IMG/VR virus record: IMGVR_UViG_3300045988_094983
Coordinates: 1 to 37,876 of that record
Length of the DNA stretch: 37,876 nt
DNA from: a virus
Reading direction: 5' to 3' (one strand)
This document shows, one piece after another, positions 8,748-17,502 of the stretch; position 1 is the stretch's first letter; every line of letters begins with the position of its first letter. The position numbers and the translations under genes are program-made. A model generated the notes under the pieces. That model was not told where the DNA came from. It made no database searches and saw only the letters and a list, made by a program, of their open reading frames with translations.

Positions 8748-8777
8748 AGATTTTTTCTCCGTTTTTCTTTTATTTTA

Positions 8778-8981
8778 TCATTTTTGCTTTTGTTTTGCAA
8801 GTTTGTTCTTTATTCTTTCATTTATTATCTCTTCTCTCATCTTGTCTAACAATTTGTATGCTTTATTTATTTTCTTTTGATTTTCTAAAAAAATACTTTT
8901 ATTTTTTACTGTCAAACAATCAATGTTTTCTAAATCACACATAGCTTCTTCAATCTTTTTTTGTAAGTATATCAATTTCAT
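8778..8981 (-). CDS. Hypothetical protein
   Basis: 67-aa ORF in the array. Confidence 0.4.
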   Translation of the reverse strand: MKLIYLQKKIEEAMCDLENIDCLTVKNKSIFLENQKKINKAYKLLDKMREEIINERIKNKLAKQKQK

Positions 8982-9001
8982 ATTGCACCTACTTTCTTTT
9001 T

Positions 9002-9319
9002 TTATCTTTCTTCATTGTATCCCATTTCTTCTTTTTCTATTCTTTTCATCTCTTTTGCTTTATTTTCAAAATATTGTTTCCAACATTCTTTGTCTGTTCT
9101 TACATCGCACATTCTTTCACAATCTAAATATTTTCCTTCATTCTCGAAAGGACAATCGGTTATATTTGAAATGTATTCTAGCATTAAATCTATTATTTTA
9201 TCTTTCTCATCTGCAATTGACATTATTGCTTCAAATAATCTTTTTGCTTCATCGTTTAACACCTCTGGTCTTACTTCGTTTAATTCATCTAATACTTTTT
9301 GTGCTTGTTCTTGTGTCAT
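9002..9319 (-). CDS. Hypothetical protein
   Basis: 105-aa ORF in the array. Confidence 0.4.
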   Translation of the reverse strand: MTQEQAQKVLDELNEVRPEVLNDEAKRLFEAIMSIADEKDKIIDLMLEYISNITDCPFENEGKYLDCERMCDVRTDKECWKQYFENKAKEMKRIEKEEMGYNEER

Positions 9320-9320
9320 T

Positions 9321-9560
9321 TTAAATCACTTCCTCAATTTTATCTAATAATTTTAACCAAGTTTTTTCGTCACATTCCATTCCTAAATTTCTAGCATTTC
9401 TTATATCTTCTGCAATTATATCTAAGCATTTTTCTGATAACTTGTTATCTTCTATGTCTTTAAGTATATAATTAACTGTTATCTCTACTATATATGTCAT
9501 TCTTCCCAAAGCGTATCTTTCTGCTGATATTACTATTTGTTCATAATCCGTCATATTCAA
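9321..9560 (-). CDS. Hypothetical protein
   Basis: 79-aa ORF in the array. Confidence 0.4.
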   Translation of the reverse strand: MNMTDYEQIVISAERYALGRMTYIVEITVNYILKDIEDNKLSEKCLDIIAEDIRNARNLGMECDEKTWLKLLDKIEEVI

Positions 9561-9845
9561 TTATCTCCTTTGTTTCTGTAATTCTTTTATTACTTTATCA
9601 TACCTTTTAAGTTCTTTCCTAAATTGTATTTTACAATGCCACCATCTAGCAATTGGATTCATATTGTCTAATTCTTTTTTTCTTTTTCTTAACTTATTTA
9701 ACTGTTTTTCATAAAGATTTGCAACATCTTTATTTCCTTTTATTTCATTTGTTTTTATACAACTTTCATATTCTCTAATGTCATGTTCAATGCAAGAATC
9801 TAATCCTGTTGTTAATGGTATTAGTTCACAAATTTCTGACCACAT
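9561..9845 (-). CDS. Hypothetical protein
   Basis: 94-aa ORF in the array. Confidence 0.4.
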   Translation of the reverse strand: MWSEICELIPLTTGLDSCIEHDIREYESCIKTNEIKGNKDVANLYEKQLNKLRKRKKELDNMNPIARWWHCKIQFRKELKRYDKVIKELQKQRR

Positions 9846-9847
9846 AA

Positions 9848-10102
9848 TTAGTCCTCCTTCTTATCAAATAGCTTGTCTAAATCTTCTTTAGAAGCTACCG
9901 TTAGCCAATACATTACTACTAATAATACTACTCTTAAAATTGGTATAAAACAAAATGTATACCACATTCCTTTATTATCTTTTTTAGTATATTTTTTATA
10001 ATCTATTTCATTTCTATTATGTAATAATATTCTTATTGCCCTGCTTGAAGCAAAGTATATTATAAAAAATATTATTGTACTTTTTATGTAATATCCTAAC
10101 AT
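9848..10102 (-). CDS. Hypothetical membrane protein
   Basis: 84 aa with two hydrophobic segments (IIFFIIYFASS, FIPILRVVLLVVMYWL). Confidence 0.4.
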   Translation of the reverse strand: MLGYYIKSTIIFFIIYFASSRAIRILLHNRNEIDYKKYTKKDNKGMWYTFCFIPILRVVLLVVMYWLTVASKEDLDKLFDKKED

Positions 10103-10103
10103 T

Positions 10104-10286
10104 TTAATCCTCCTTTAATTTTCTTCCACACATTGGGCAATAATTTGCTTTTATTCTTAAATGATTTATTCCTGTTTTATTTATCAATTCTTGTCGTATT
10201 TCTTCTGTATGAGTTAATGGTGCTAACATAGGTGCCATTAACTGTTTGACTTCAACATAATATATAGCATTACAATATTCACACAC
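10104..10286 (-). CDS. Hypothetical zinc-ribbon protein
   Basis: 60 aa with CEYC...CPMC. Confidence 0.4.
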   Translation of the reverse strand: MCEYCNAIYYVEVKQLMAPMLAPLTHTEEIRQELINKTGINHLRIKANYCPMCGRKLKED

Positions 10287-10287
10287 T

Positions 10288-10698
10288 TTATTTTCTCCCT
10301 TCTAGTAGTTCTTGTAACATCTTTTTTAAAACTACTATTGCATATTTATTAAATTCAATTTCTGCTTCTTCTTTGGCTGTTTTGCCCTTTAACATAGTTG
10401 TATTTTCTATGTCTAATATGTTCCTTTCATGATATTTTATTTCTTCTTCTATCTTGTTTTTTACTTTTTGAACAGTAACAACTTCTTCATCATACATATT
10501 TGCAATATCATTCTTTAATTCTTCATTCTCTTTTTGTAGTTTTTCTACCAGATTTAATGCTTTGCATACTGTTTCCAATATTCTATATTCTTCACCAACT
10601 GATACACCTTTTATTTCTACACTTTCATCAGACTTATTACATTTTTCTATAAACTTTTCAATTGTTTTCTTTTCTTCCTCGTTCATTTTATTTTTCAC
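10288..10698 (-). CDS. Coiled-coil early protein, paralog family member
   Basis: 136 aa. Shares NL(V/I)EKLQKENEELK and a ..QKVK.KIEE motif with ORF 17503..17952. Confidence 0.45.
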   Translation of the reverse strand: MKNKMNEEEKKTIEKFIEKCNKSDESVEIKGVSVGEEYRILETVCKALNLVEKLQKENEELKNDIANMYDEEVVTVQKVKNKIEEEIKYHERNILDIENTTMLKGKTAKEEAEIEFNKYAIVVLKKMLQELLEGRK

Positions 10699-11329
10699 CT
10701 CCTAACAATTCTTTCTCTAATTGATCAGTTCTTCTATAAACAAGCTCATCATAATTATCTTTAAAATAATTTTCATAGCTTTTAACGTTACTAATACACA
10801 TTTTTTTATATTTTTCTATTTTCTCTTTTATTTTTTTCTTTGGAATACAATCTTCATTTGCTGTATAATATTGTTCAATAATTTCTCCCATACTGGCTTT
10901 TGTATATTCTTCTTTTCCTATTATTTCTAAATCTTTGTCCATAATTTCATCTTTTAATTCTTTATTTTCTTTTTTCAACTCTTTCAGTTCTTCTCTAACA
11001 TCTTTATATGTTTCTTGATATTCTTTTCGATTATTTTCTAATTGATTTTTTAACCTAAAATTTTCTTTTATTTCTACTTTTAATTGTTCTGCCGTACTTA
11101 AATTTTCTTTTGACATAATTTCAGAATTTCTCTTATGCATTTCATTCTCTTTTAATACTCTTTTATAATCTGATAAAATATGCTCTATTGCATATTGATA
11201 TTCGTTTCTTTCTTCATCATTAATCAAACAAGTACTATATACATCATCAAGTAAATAATCTAATTTTTCTAATAATTTTATATTTACTTCTATAGAATTA
11301 CATTCAGTTTTATTATTATTTTCTTTCAC
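10688..11329 (-). CDS. Coiled-coil early protein, related to the same paralog family
   Basis: 213 aa. LKELKKENKELKDEI and the C-terminal CIPKKKIKEKIEKYK resemble the other two members. Confidence 0.45.
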   Translation of the reverse strand: MKENNNKTECNSIEVNIKLLEKLDYLLDDVYSTCLINDEERNEYQYAIEHILSDYKRVLKENEMHKRNSEIMSKENLSTAEQLKVEIKENFRLKNQLENNRKEYQETYKDVREELKELKKENKELKDEIMDKDLEIIGKEEYTKASMGEIIEQYYTANEDCIPKKKIKEKIEKYKKMCISNVKSYENYFKDNYDELVYRRTDQLEKELLGGEK

Positions 11330-11498
11330 TTAAAACACCTCCTAATATCTTTTGTTTGTTATTTCTATCTATTCCTACATAACAACCTGTATTTTCTTCA
11401 TTTACATCTTTCCCAGGATATAAAATACATTTACTGTTTATGTTATTCATACAATCTTTACATTTTACTAAATTTTCAAATAATTGCATTATAACCAT
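11316..11498 (-). CDS. Hypothetical protein
   Basis: 60-aa ORF in the array. Confidence 0.35.
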   Translation of the reverse strand: MVIMQLFENLVKCKDCMNNINSKCILYPGKDVNEENTGCYVGIDRNNKQKILGGVLSERK

Positions 11499-11511
11499 TC
11501 CTCTCTAAATT

Positions 11512-11814
11512 TTATAATTCATATTCATACATTGTTGGTATTTCATATTGCAAGCAAATATCATGTTCTATTCTACATCCTCTAGCTTTTTCCCATCCAT
11601 TCATAAACATTACAGCGTCTACTTTTGATATTTCTTTTATTGATTTTGATAAATAGTATATTGCTGGATTACAACTTTTAGGTGCTTCATCTGTAAATAT
11701 TGTATCTGTAACTTGCCATCCTAAATCTTCTAATTTTTTTATTACTTTTTGTCTTTCTAATCTTATTTGCCTTTCTTTTTTACCATTCATTGGTTGACTT
11801 ATCATTACTTTCAT
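11512..11814 (-). CDS. DUF4406 / nucleoside 2-deoxyribosyltransferase-like protein (tentative)
   Basis: 100 aa: MISQPMNGK...AIYYLSKSIKEISKVDAVMFMNGWEKARGCRIEHDIC, a pattern typical of this small phage family. Confidence 0.45.
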   Translation of the reverse strand: MKVMISQPMNGKKERQIRLERQKVIKKLEDLGWQVTDTIFTDEAPKSCNPAIYYLSKSIKEISKVDAVMFMNGWEKARGCRIEHDICLQYEIPTMYEYEL

Positions 11815-11817
11815 ATC

Positions 11818-12006
11818 TTATTTACTCCTCTCTTCTTCAAGCATATTCATATATACTTGCTTTTCTTGAATCTGCTCATTTAAGCTTTGTTCTAAAAACT
11901 TTATTTTTTCATCATCTCTACTTGTAACTGTTATTGTTATTGACAATGCAACCCAAATTATTGTAACGCATATTAATATCGCTATATTTTCTATTGTTTT
12001 ATTCAT
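11818..12006 (-). CDS. Hypothetical single-pass membrane protein
   Basis: 62 aa with N-terminal TM segment IAILICVTIIWVALSITITV. Confidence 0.4.
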   Translation of the reverse strand: MNKTIENIAILICVTIIWVALSITITVTSRDDEKIKFLEQSLNEQIQEKQVYMNMLEEERSK

Positions 12007-12020
12007 ATATTTTTACTCCT

Positions 12021-12233
12021 TTACTTTAAATTATTATTAGTTACTTTGTATAGTGGTTTTACACTTAAATCATTTATCGATAAATTGTTATATGCTAAGC
12101 ATCCATACACATGTACCCACACCCACATTTTTCCCACATCTATCACTTCACATTTGAGTGATATTTTTGAATCGTTTGCTCCAGTTGTATTCCAATACAA
12201 TGTACTACCAAGTTGTATGTCTTTTTTTAACAT
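12021..12233 (-). CDS. Hypothetical protein
   Basis: 70-aa ORF in the array. Confidence 0.4.
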   Translation of the reverse strand: MLKKDIQLGSTLYWNTTGANDSKISLKCEVIDVGKMWVWVHVYGCLAYNNLSINDLSVKPLYKVTNNNLK

Positions 12234-12235
12234 GT

Positions 12236-12628
12236 CTATTTTCCTCCTAATAACTCTGGATTATCGTATATGTTGCCTATTACTTCTGTAAATTTTTCTA
12301 AAAGATGAACTCTACCATAAAATCTATCCATATTCATAACATCAACAGTAAATCCATTGTATTCATAAATAACTTTTCCAATATCTATTTCTTTGCTTCC
12401 TGTTATTTTTACTATATCTCCCTCATATATTTCTTTTCCGTTTTTATCGTGTAATCCCGTGTATTGTCCTAACGTGTTCTTATCAATATAATGCCATTCT
12501 TCTGATGTATTTTCATCACAATACATCAATTCAACATCTTCTCCATATTTTATTCCCGAAGAATATAACCATTCTCCATAAGAATTATCCATTATGCTTT
12601 TTCCTCTAAACTTTATTTCTCTGTTCAT
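12236..12628 (-). CDS. YopX family protein
   Basis: 130 aa: MNREIKFRGK...LGQYTGLHDKNGKEIYEGDIVK...GNIYDNPELL, the characteristic YopX pattern. Confidence 0.75.
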   Translation of the reverse strand: MNREIKFRGKSIMDNSYGEWLYSSGIKYGEDVELMYCDENTSEEWHYIDKNTLGQYTGLHDKNGKEIYEGDIVKITGSKEIDIGKVIYEYNGFTVDVMNMDRFYGRVHLLEKFTEVIGNIYDNPELLGGK

Positions 12629-12634
12629 CTTCTC

Positions 12635-12805
12635 TTACTCCTTCATCTCTTGATAAGATATTCTCTCAATTCTTTCAATTGCTGTGCAGTATATATATCC
12701 GATTTCGTGATATATATCATTTGTTGTAATTACTTCTTCAATTATTTCGTAATCATTGTAAAATAAATTATATTTTTTAATCAATAATTTATATTTTTTC
12801 ATCAT
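12635..12805 (-). CDS. Hypothetical protein (56 aa, below the ORF-track cutoff)
   Basis: Hand translation gives MMKKYKLLIKKYNLFYNDYEIIEEV...; ATGA overlap with the upstream stop. Confidence 0.3.
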   Translation of the reverse strand: MMKKYKLLIKKYNLFYNDYEIIEEVITTNDIYHEIGYIYCTAIERIERISYQEMKE

Positions 12806-13155
12806 CTTCTCCTTTTATAGCAATTAGCTTCAAACTGTTCTTTTGTTAGTATTGTTTTTATGTCATTTTCATGTAATTCTATCTCATATTCATGTACAAA
12901 AATTGAACTATCAAAACAAGATATTCTTACTTCTTCTACTAAATGTCCGTTTACATAGTCTCCAACTTCTATTAAATCTATTAGTTGTTTGCTATGTTTT
13001 ACTATGTAATCTAAAATTGTCCATAATCCATTATCGAGTATATAAATATCTTGATATGCTTGTAAATCTTTATTAAATCCTAATCTTATTTCAACTACTT
13101 TCCCTATCTTTCCTTTATCAGTTCTTACATATTCTCCAATTTCAATTTCTTTCAT
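12802..13155 (-). CDS. Hypothetical protein
   Basis: 117-aa ORF in the array. Confidence 0.4.
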   Translation of the reverse strand: MKEIEIGEYVRTDKGKIGKVVEIRLGFNKDLQAYQDIYILDNGLWTILDYIVKHSKQLIDLIEVGDYVNGHLVEEVRISCFDSSIFVHEYEIELHENDIKTILTKEQFEANCYKRRR

Positions 13156-13164
13156 ATAGACCTC

Positions 13165-13473
13165 CTACTTTTCTGGCATTTCGTATGTATCAAATATTAT
13201 ATTCTGCTTTATAAAATCATCTGCAATTGAATTTTGCATATCTCTCGGTGCATTTTTAAAATATTCAAATATCGATTTCTGTCTTATTATCTTTTGTAGT
13301 ACTTCTTTTGCTCTTTCTTCTGTGCCATATTTTCCAATACCAAAATGCTCATCTCCCACGCAGTCTACATAAATTATATTTTTCTTATTTGTTTCAAAAT
13401 CAGTACTCAATCTGATTACTAATATATTATCAAAATTTATAATTCCATCTTTTTCTTGACTTACTATTATCAC
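13165..13473 (-). CDS. Hypothetical protein
   Basis: 102-aa ORF in the array. Confidence 0.4.
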   Translation of the reverse strand: MIIVSQEKDGIINFDNILVIRLSTDFETNKKNIIYVDCVGDEHFGIGKYGTEERAKEVLQKIIRQKSIFEYFKNAPRDMQNSIADDFIKQNIIFDTYEMPEK

Positions 13474-13487
13474 CTTTTTATCCTCCT

Positions 13488-13646
13488 TTATTTTAATTGT
13501 TCTCTTATATATTCTCTATTTTTATTAATGCATTCTTTCATTGCTTTCTCAGATATATCATACTTTCCCATTAGTACTTCTTCTATTGTCAATATATGTG
13601 TCATTATCTCTATAAACATTTCTTCTGCTTCAATTTTATCTTCCAT
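13488..13646 (-). CDS. Hypothetical protein (52 aa, below the ORF-track cutoff)
   Basis: Hand translation gives MEDKIEAEEMFIEIMTHILTIEEVLMGKYD...; AGGAGG RBS. Confidence 0.35.
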   Translation of the reverse strand: MEDKIEAEEMFIEIMTHILTIEEVLMGKYDISEKAMKECINKNREYIREQLK

Positions 13647-13769
13647 AAATCCTCCTATTTCATAAAAATTTCAATTAATATTAAGCATATCGACATTAGT
13701 TCTATGGCAATACATATAAAATCTTCACTGCCCTTTGTAATATCTTTTTTGTTGTCTTCTAGCCTTGCA

Positions 13770-13928
13770 CTAGCTACAAGAAATGCTATTATTGATATAA
13801 TAACCATTATTATTCTTTTCAACATAATTTTTTCCTAACTTTCTTTTTATAAATTTATCGCATTCTACTTTGTTTTCTTCCGCTTCTTTACAACTTAAAA
13901 AATAACTACAATTTATACATTTTTTCAT
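13770..13928 (-). CDS. Small Cys-rich protein (52 aa) with its own start
   Basis: MKKCINCSYFLSCKEAEENKVECDKF...; GGAG lies 9 nt upstream of the ATG at 13928. In the ORF track it appears fused to the upstream gene through the in-frame CGG. Confidence 0.45.
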   Translation of the reverse strand: MKKCINCSYFLSCKEAEENKVECDKFIKRKLGKNYVEKNNNGYYINNSISCS

Positions 13929-14462
13929 TTTCCGTTCTCCTAAACTTATTTTGTTTGATACATTTTGTATCATATTTTGCATATTTTGTGGTAATATTTG
14001 CATTTCTTCTTTTCTTTTTATTAATATATCATATTGTTTTAAAAAATTGCTTCTTACAACATCCATATTAAAATCGGTGTTTGTTGAATATGCTTTTAAT
14101 TGTGTTGTACTTCCAAAAAATTTTTTTACTTCATCAGAATGTGTATCAAATTCCTCTTGTGTCATATATGTACCGTTACATATCATTTTATACGCTTCTT
14201 CCCACGCTTCAATTCCTGTTTTATTTTTATTTGGATTCATCAATTCTATTGCATTTTTTCTTATTTCTGAAATTGTCGGAAGATATTTACTACTTAAAAT
14301 TGTTTTTTTTACTGCTTGTAACACAATATTATAATTTAAGTCTCCCAAGCATTCTTGCCATGTATTTAACATTATTTGTTTTTGTTCAATTGTCTTTTCT
14401 GAAATACTTGAATAATTACCCGCCAAAAATGTTATTATCTGTGTTGTTTCCTTTTTGTTCAT
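13925..14462 (-). CDS. G39P-like helicase loader/inhibitor; 178 aa if a +1 shift occurs at CGG 13932-13934
   Basis: The N-terminus MNKKETTQIITFLAGNYSSISEKTIEQKQIMLNTWQECLGDL... follows the pattern of the 'loader and inhibitor of phage G40P' family and sits after the replisome organizer. After the +1 shift the frame reads GGA-AAA-TGA, and the TGA overlaps the next ATG. Confidence 0.55.
13932..13934 (-). other. Recoding site 2: in-frame CGG (context GAA-CGG-A) at a gene junction
   Basis: The codon is in frame with the start at 14462 (528 nt upstream, a multiple of 3). The +1 frame gives GK-stop with an ATGA stop/start overlap. Confidence 0.45.
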
Positions 14463-15288
14463 CTTCTATTCTTGCCTCCTCCCACAATTGCTTAAAATCA
14501 TCAAAGCTTCCCTTTTTGTTACTTTGTTTAATTTCTTTTTTTAACGGAAATATGCCTTGCCAATTGTTCATTATCGAATTATTTAATATCTCAATTTGTT
14601 CTGTTATATTTGTTGATAAATTATACAACTTTTTAATCATCAATTCTAAACCTCGTGTTGTTAAAGGCTTTTTTATTGCCTTTCTCATTTTTATAAATTC
14701 ATATACTGTTTGTTTTAATTCTTCATCTGTAAAATTTTCATTTATTACAGAATCAAATTCTGTTTCTTTTTTCTTTTTTTCTTTTTTTATATTTTTTTCT
14801 GTCTCTATATCTTTCTCTTTATCTATATCTATATCTATCTCTTTCTCTATCTCTGTGTTACATTTTGTTACATCACCGTTACATTGTAACAGTTTTTGTT
14901 CTTGTCTTTCTCTAAAACGTCTTACTCTTTCAGCACTTTCCCCTTCTTTTCCAATTAAGTCTTGCATTGCAATCATATAAAAAGAACCATCGTCTAATAT
15001 TTCAACAGCATTCACTTTTTGTAAAGCCCCAATCATTAATTTTATAATGTTTGTATTTTCATCTAAGACCATTGCTAATTCATCAATATTGCTTGGCAAA
15101 ATACTATCATATTTTATAAATCCTTCTGTTTTAAGACTTTTTAGTTGCATTTTTAAGTATGCAATTACAATCTTATCTCCATCTGGCAAACTTCGTAAAT
15201 ATTTGATTTGCTTTTCCTCAAAAAAATTTTCTTTTAGTTTTAACCAATAATATTTTTTGTTTTGTCCCATTTTTAACCACCTTGACAC
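14416..15288 (-). CDS. Phage replisome organizer (DnaD-like)
   Basis: 290 aa. YYWLKLKENFFEEKQIKYLRSLPDGDKIVIAYLKMQLKSL is the typical replisome-organizer N-terminal domain. An acidic low-complexity linker is encoded by the tatc-rich tract near 14820. Confidence 0.7.
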   Translation of the reverse strand: MSRWLKMGQNKKYYWLKLKENFFEEKQIKYLRSLPDGDKIVIAYLKMQLKSLKTEGFIKYDSILPSNIDELAMVLDENTNIIKLMIGALQKVNAVEILDDGSFYMIAMQDLIGKEGESAERVRRFRERQEQKLLQCNGDVTKCNTEIEKEIDIDIDKEKDIETEKNIKKEKKKKETEFDSVINENFTDEELKQTVYEFIKMRKAIKKPLTTRGLELMIKKLYNLSTNITEQIEILNNSIMNNWQGIFPLKKEIKQSNKKGSFDDFKQLWEEARIEDEQKGNNTDNNIFGG

Positions 15289-15310
15289 CTTTCTTATTTT
15301 TTGTTATAAT

Positions 15311-15329
15311 TAAGTAAATGTCTTACTTA
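15311..15329. promoter_or_regulatory. Candidate operator: inverted repeat TAAGTAA-n5-TTACTTA upstream of the replisome organizer gene
   Basis: Perfect 7-bp inverted repeat, flanked by three acattta direct repeats and a TATAAC -10-like box. It lies just downstream of a small RHH gene. Confidence 0.3.
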
Positions 15330-15390
15330 AATGTTTTAAATGTTTTTGTAAGATTCTCTTGATATAGTAAATAGGTTGTGTCAATAATCT

Positions 15391-15528
15391 CTATTTACTA
15401 TTTTTTTTTGCATATTCTTCTAATGCTGTTCTTATTACTTCTGATAAAGTTTTCCCTTTTGTTTTTACAAGTATCATTAATTCTTTTTTTGTTTCTTTAT
15501 CTATTCTTGCTTTTACTATATCTTCCAT
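15391..15528 (-). CDS. Ribbon-helix-helix (CopG/Arc-like) protein, 45 aa, below the ORF-track cutoff
   Basis: Hand translation gives MEDIVKARIDKETKKELMILVKTKGKTLSEVIRTALEEYAKKNSK (beta-strand then two helices). AAAGGAGG RBS. Confidence 0.5.
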   Translation of the reverse strand: MEDIVKARIDKETKKELMILVKTKGKTLSEVIRTALEEYAKKNSK

Positions 15529-15593
15529 TTTTATCCTCCTTTCATTGTGTACACATTATATAATAAATATTTTATAAAATCAATACTTTTTTA

Positions 15594-16052
15594 TTATTTT
15601 ATATAACTTTTTCCAATTAATTTTATAAAATCATCTCTGGTATGATTTACTTCATACATTTTTTGCATTGCTATTTTTAATTTGCTTAGTATTTCCTCGT
15701 TTTGATGGTGTTTTCTACATAAAGGTACCACAAATCCATTTAATATACTTCTTTTTCTGTTAGCACCTCCATATACTTCGTGTAAATCATCTCTTAATAT
15801 TTTTTTTCCTTGCAATCTGCATATATAACAATGCTCTAAATCATCTGTTAAGATACTATATCTTGACTTTTCTAATTTTATTTGTTTACTTGTCTTCTTA
15901 TTTATGCCTTTATTCTTACGAGGTTCGTTTTTAGCACATTTTATGCATTCAGTAGTATAATTTATTATCTTTTTATTTAATCTGCAATAAAAGTATTTCT
16001 CGTAGTTTTTAGTGCGTATTGTTATATATTTGCATTTGTTATTTACTCTCAT
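15594..16052 (-). CDS. Cys-rich nuclease-like protein (NinG/DUF968- or HNH-like, tentative)
   Basis: 152 aa with CYICRL...LHEVYGGANRKRS...VVPLCRKHH, a zinc-finger plus H-N-H-like arrangement. Confidence 0.4.
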   Translation of the reverse strand: MRVNNKCKYITIRTKNYEKYFYCRLNKKIINYTTECIKCAKNEPRKNKGINKKTSKQIKLEKSRYSILTDDLEHCYICRLQGKKILRDDLHEVYGGANRKRSILNGFVVPLCRKHHQNEEILSKLKIAMQKMYEVNHTRDDFIKLIGKSYIK

Positions 16053-16272
16053 GTCTTAATACCTCAACTTCGTTTAGACAGTTTGGACATATTATATATT
16101 CTAAATAAGTTTCAAAATTTGCTTTGGTTGATACCTCATCACTCGGAAATTCTAATATTGCATGACAATTTTCACATTCTCGAATCATATATACATTTGA
16201 TGTTCTGCCGATGTTACTTCTTCTAAAGCCTATTGTTCTACAATCTTTTAATTCTCTTTTCATTATATCCAC
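16039..16272 (-). CDS. Hypothetical zinc-ribbon protein
   Basis: 77 aa with CENC...CPNC. Confidence 0.4.
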   Translation of the reverse strand: MDIMKRELKDCRTIGFRRSNIGRTSNVYMIRECENCHAILEFPSDEVSTKANFETYLEYIICPNCLNEVEVLRHESK

Positions 16273-16562
16273 CCTAATTCTTGTGCTTTCTTATTTATTG
16301 CTTGTAATCTTTTTAATGTTAATAAGTTAATACTGTTAATTTCTACTTCTTTTTTATCTATTAAAAATATAACTTCTTTAAAAGGATTTCTTTTGTGTCT
16401 ATATACAATATTTCCTTTGTATTTTAGTGTTATTTCTTTTTCATCTTCTTTTTTATATCCTAACTCTTCAAATAATTCATCTGCTGTTTTTTCTTTTTTA
16501 CTAACCGCTATTTCTTCATCATTTATTGTTATTGTACAATTTTTATTATTTTTTATATTCAT
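16263..16562 (-). CDS. Hypothetical protein
   Basis: 99-aa ORF in the array. Confidence 0.4.
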   Translation of the reverse strand: MNIKNNKNCTITINDEEIAVSKKEKTADELFEELGYKKEDEKEITLKYKGNIVYRHKRNPFKEVIFLIDKKEVEINSINLLTLKRLQAINKKAQELGWI

Positions 16563-16574
16563 ATTTATTCTCCT

Positions 16575-16748
16575 TTAATCTAAATAATTTCTTTCTTTAC
16601 ATTCATGACATATTACTAAAGTTCGTATGTCTTCATCTATATACTGTAATCTCACAAGGTCGTTTGGTTCATATCTAAATACACAATCACAATTTCTACA
16701 TATGCATGTATCATCTTTGAAATATTTTCCGTGTTCTAATATTTCCAT
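16575..16748 (-). CDS. Hypothetical zinc-ribbon protein (57 aa, below the ORF-track cutoff)
   Basis: Hand translation gives MEILEHGKYFKDDTCICRNCDCVFRYEPND...VICHECKERNYLD; AAAGGAG RBS. Confidence 0.35.
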   Translation of the reverse strand: MEILEHGKYFKDDTCICRNCDCVFRYEPNDLVRLQYIDEDIRTLVICHECKERNYLD

Positions 16749-16763
16749 TCTAATTCTCCTTTC

Positions 16764-17168
16764 TTAATATTCCTCCCAATAATCTTCATCTTCTTTTATG
16801 TCAATATCATATATATTTGCTATATATTTTTTTACTTTTTCCCATCTCTTTTCTTTGTCTTGTAGCTTATTATCTAATTCTTTTATTTCTTTTTCCTTGA
16901 TTTTAATTTCTTCATTTAATTTTTCTATTTCTACTTCTTTATTGTATTTTGCAATTCTTTTCATCGTTGTTGGGTCTAACTCAATATAATCTTTTTGTTC
17001 AGGATAACTAACTAACAAACTATAATTTATGTTTGATATTATAGTTCTATTCTTTCCATCTATATATCTTTCTGTTTCAACATTAGAATTAGTTTCCCTG
17101 TTAAGTAAAAATCCTTCAATATATTCTATATTATTATCATTATATATTAATACTTTTGTTCTATTCAT
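16764..17168 (-). CDS. Hypothetical coiled-coil protein
   Basis: ORF 16764..17195 trimmed to the ATG at 17168 (MNRTKV...), which has a GGAGG RBS and follows the upstream stop. Confidence 0.4.
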   Translation of the reverse strand: MNRTKVLIYNDNNIEYIEGFLLNRETNSNVETERYIDGKNRTIISNINYSLLVSYPEQKDYIELDPTTMKRIAKYNKEVEIEKLNEEIKIKEKEIKELDNKLQDKEKRWEKVKKYIANIYDIDIKEDEDYWEEY

Positions 17169-17169
17169 T

Positions 17170-17502
17170 CTAATTTCCTCCATTTCCAAAATCATTATTA
17201 ATTTGTGCTTGTAATATTTTTATTTGTAATTTATATGTTAATATTGCCTCTTTACAACTATTGTATAAGCTCTCTGCTATTATTTCCTGTTCTTTAGCAT
17301 TTGCTACTTCTACTTTTCCTCTTGCTAAATCGTGACATATTGTTACAGGTATACCTAAATCTCTTAATCTTAACAATTCTTGTGCTACTAATATACGATA
17401 ATTTTTATATGCTTTTGCATAATCTTGTCCTCGTTTTTTATATTCACTTAATGCACTTGTTAAGAGATTATTTAATTCTTCTAATTTGTGTAACTCTTCC
17501 AT
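17170..17502 (-). CDS. Hypothetical protein
   Basis: 110-aa ORF in the array. Confidence 0.4.
   Translation of the reverse strand: MEELHKLEELNNLLTSALSEYKKRGQDYAKAYKNYRILVAQELLRLRDLGIPVTICHDLARGKVEVANAKEQEIIAESLYNSCKEAILTYKLQIKILQAQINNDFGNGGN

Noticed and set aside
14800-14860. Short tandem tatc/tctc repeats (ctatatctatatctatctctttctctatctctg) as a possible repeat array or CRISPR-like feature
   Set aside because: It is coding low-complexity sequence (EIEKEIDIDIDKEKDIETEK linker) inside the replisome organizer gene, with no spacer-repeat architecture.
14081-14980. Long plus-strand ORF (299 aa) and the many other plus-strand ORFs in the track (e.g. 27835..28413, 4571..4981, 9015..9347)
   Set aside because: All are antisense shadows of well-supported minus-strand genes. 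They are dominated by F/L/S/I/Y from T-rich codons. They have no RBS and no recognisable motifs, and they overlap real genes completely.
15379-15384. TTGACA box downstream of the second RHH gene as a promoter
   Set aside because: No acceptable -10 hexamer lies at 16-18 nt spacing. The nearby inverted repeat and TATAAC box were recorded as a low-confidence operator or promoter candidate instead.
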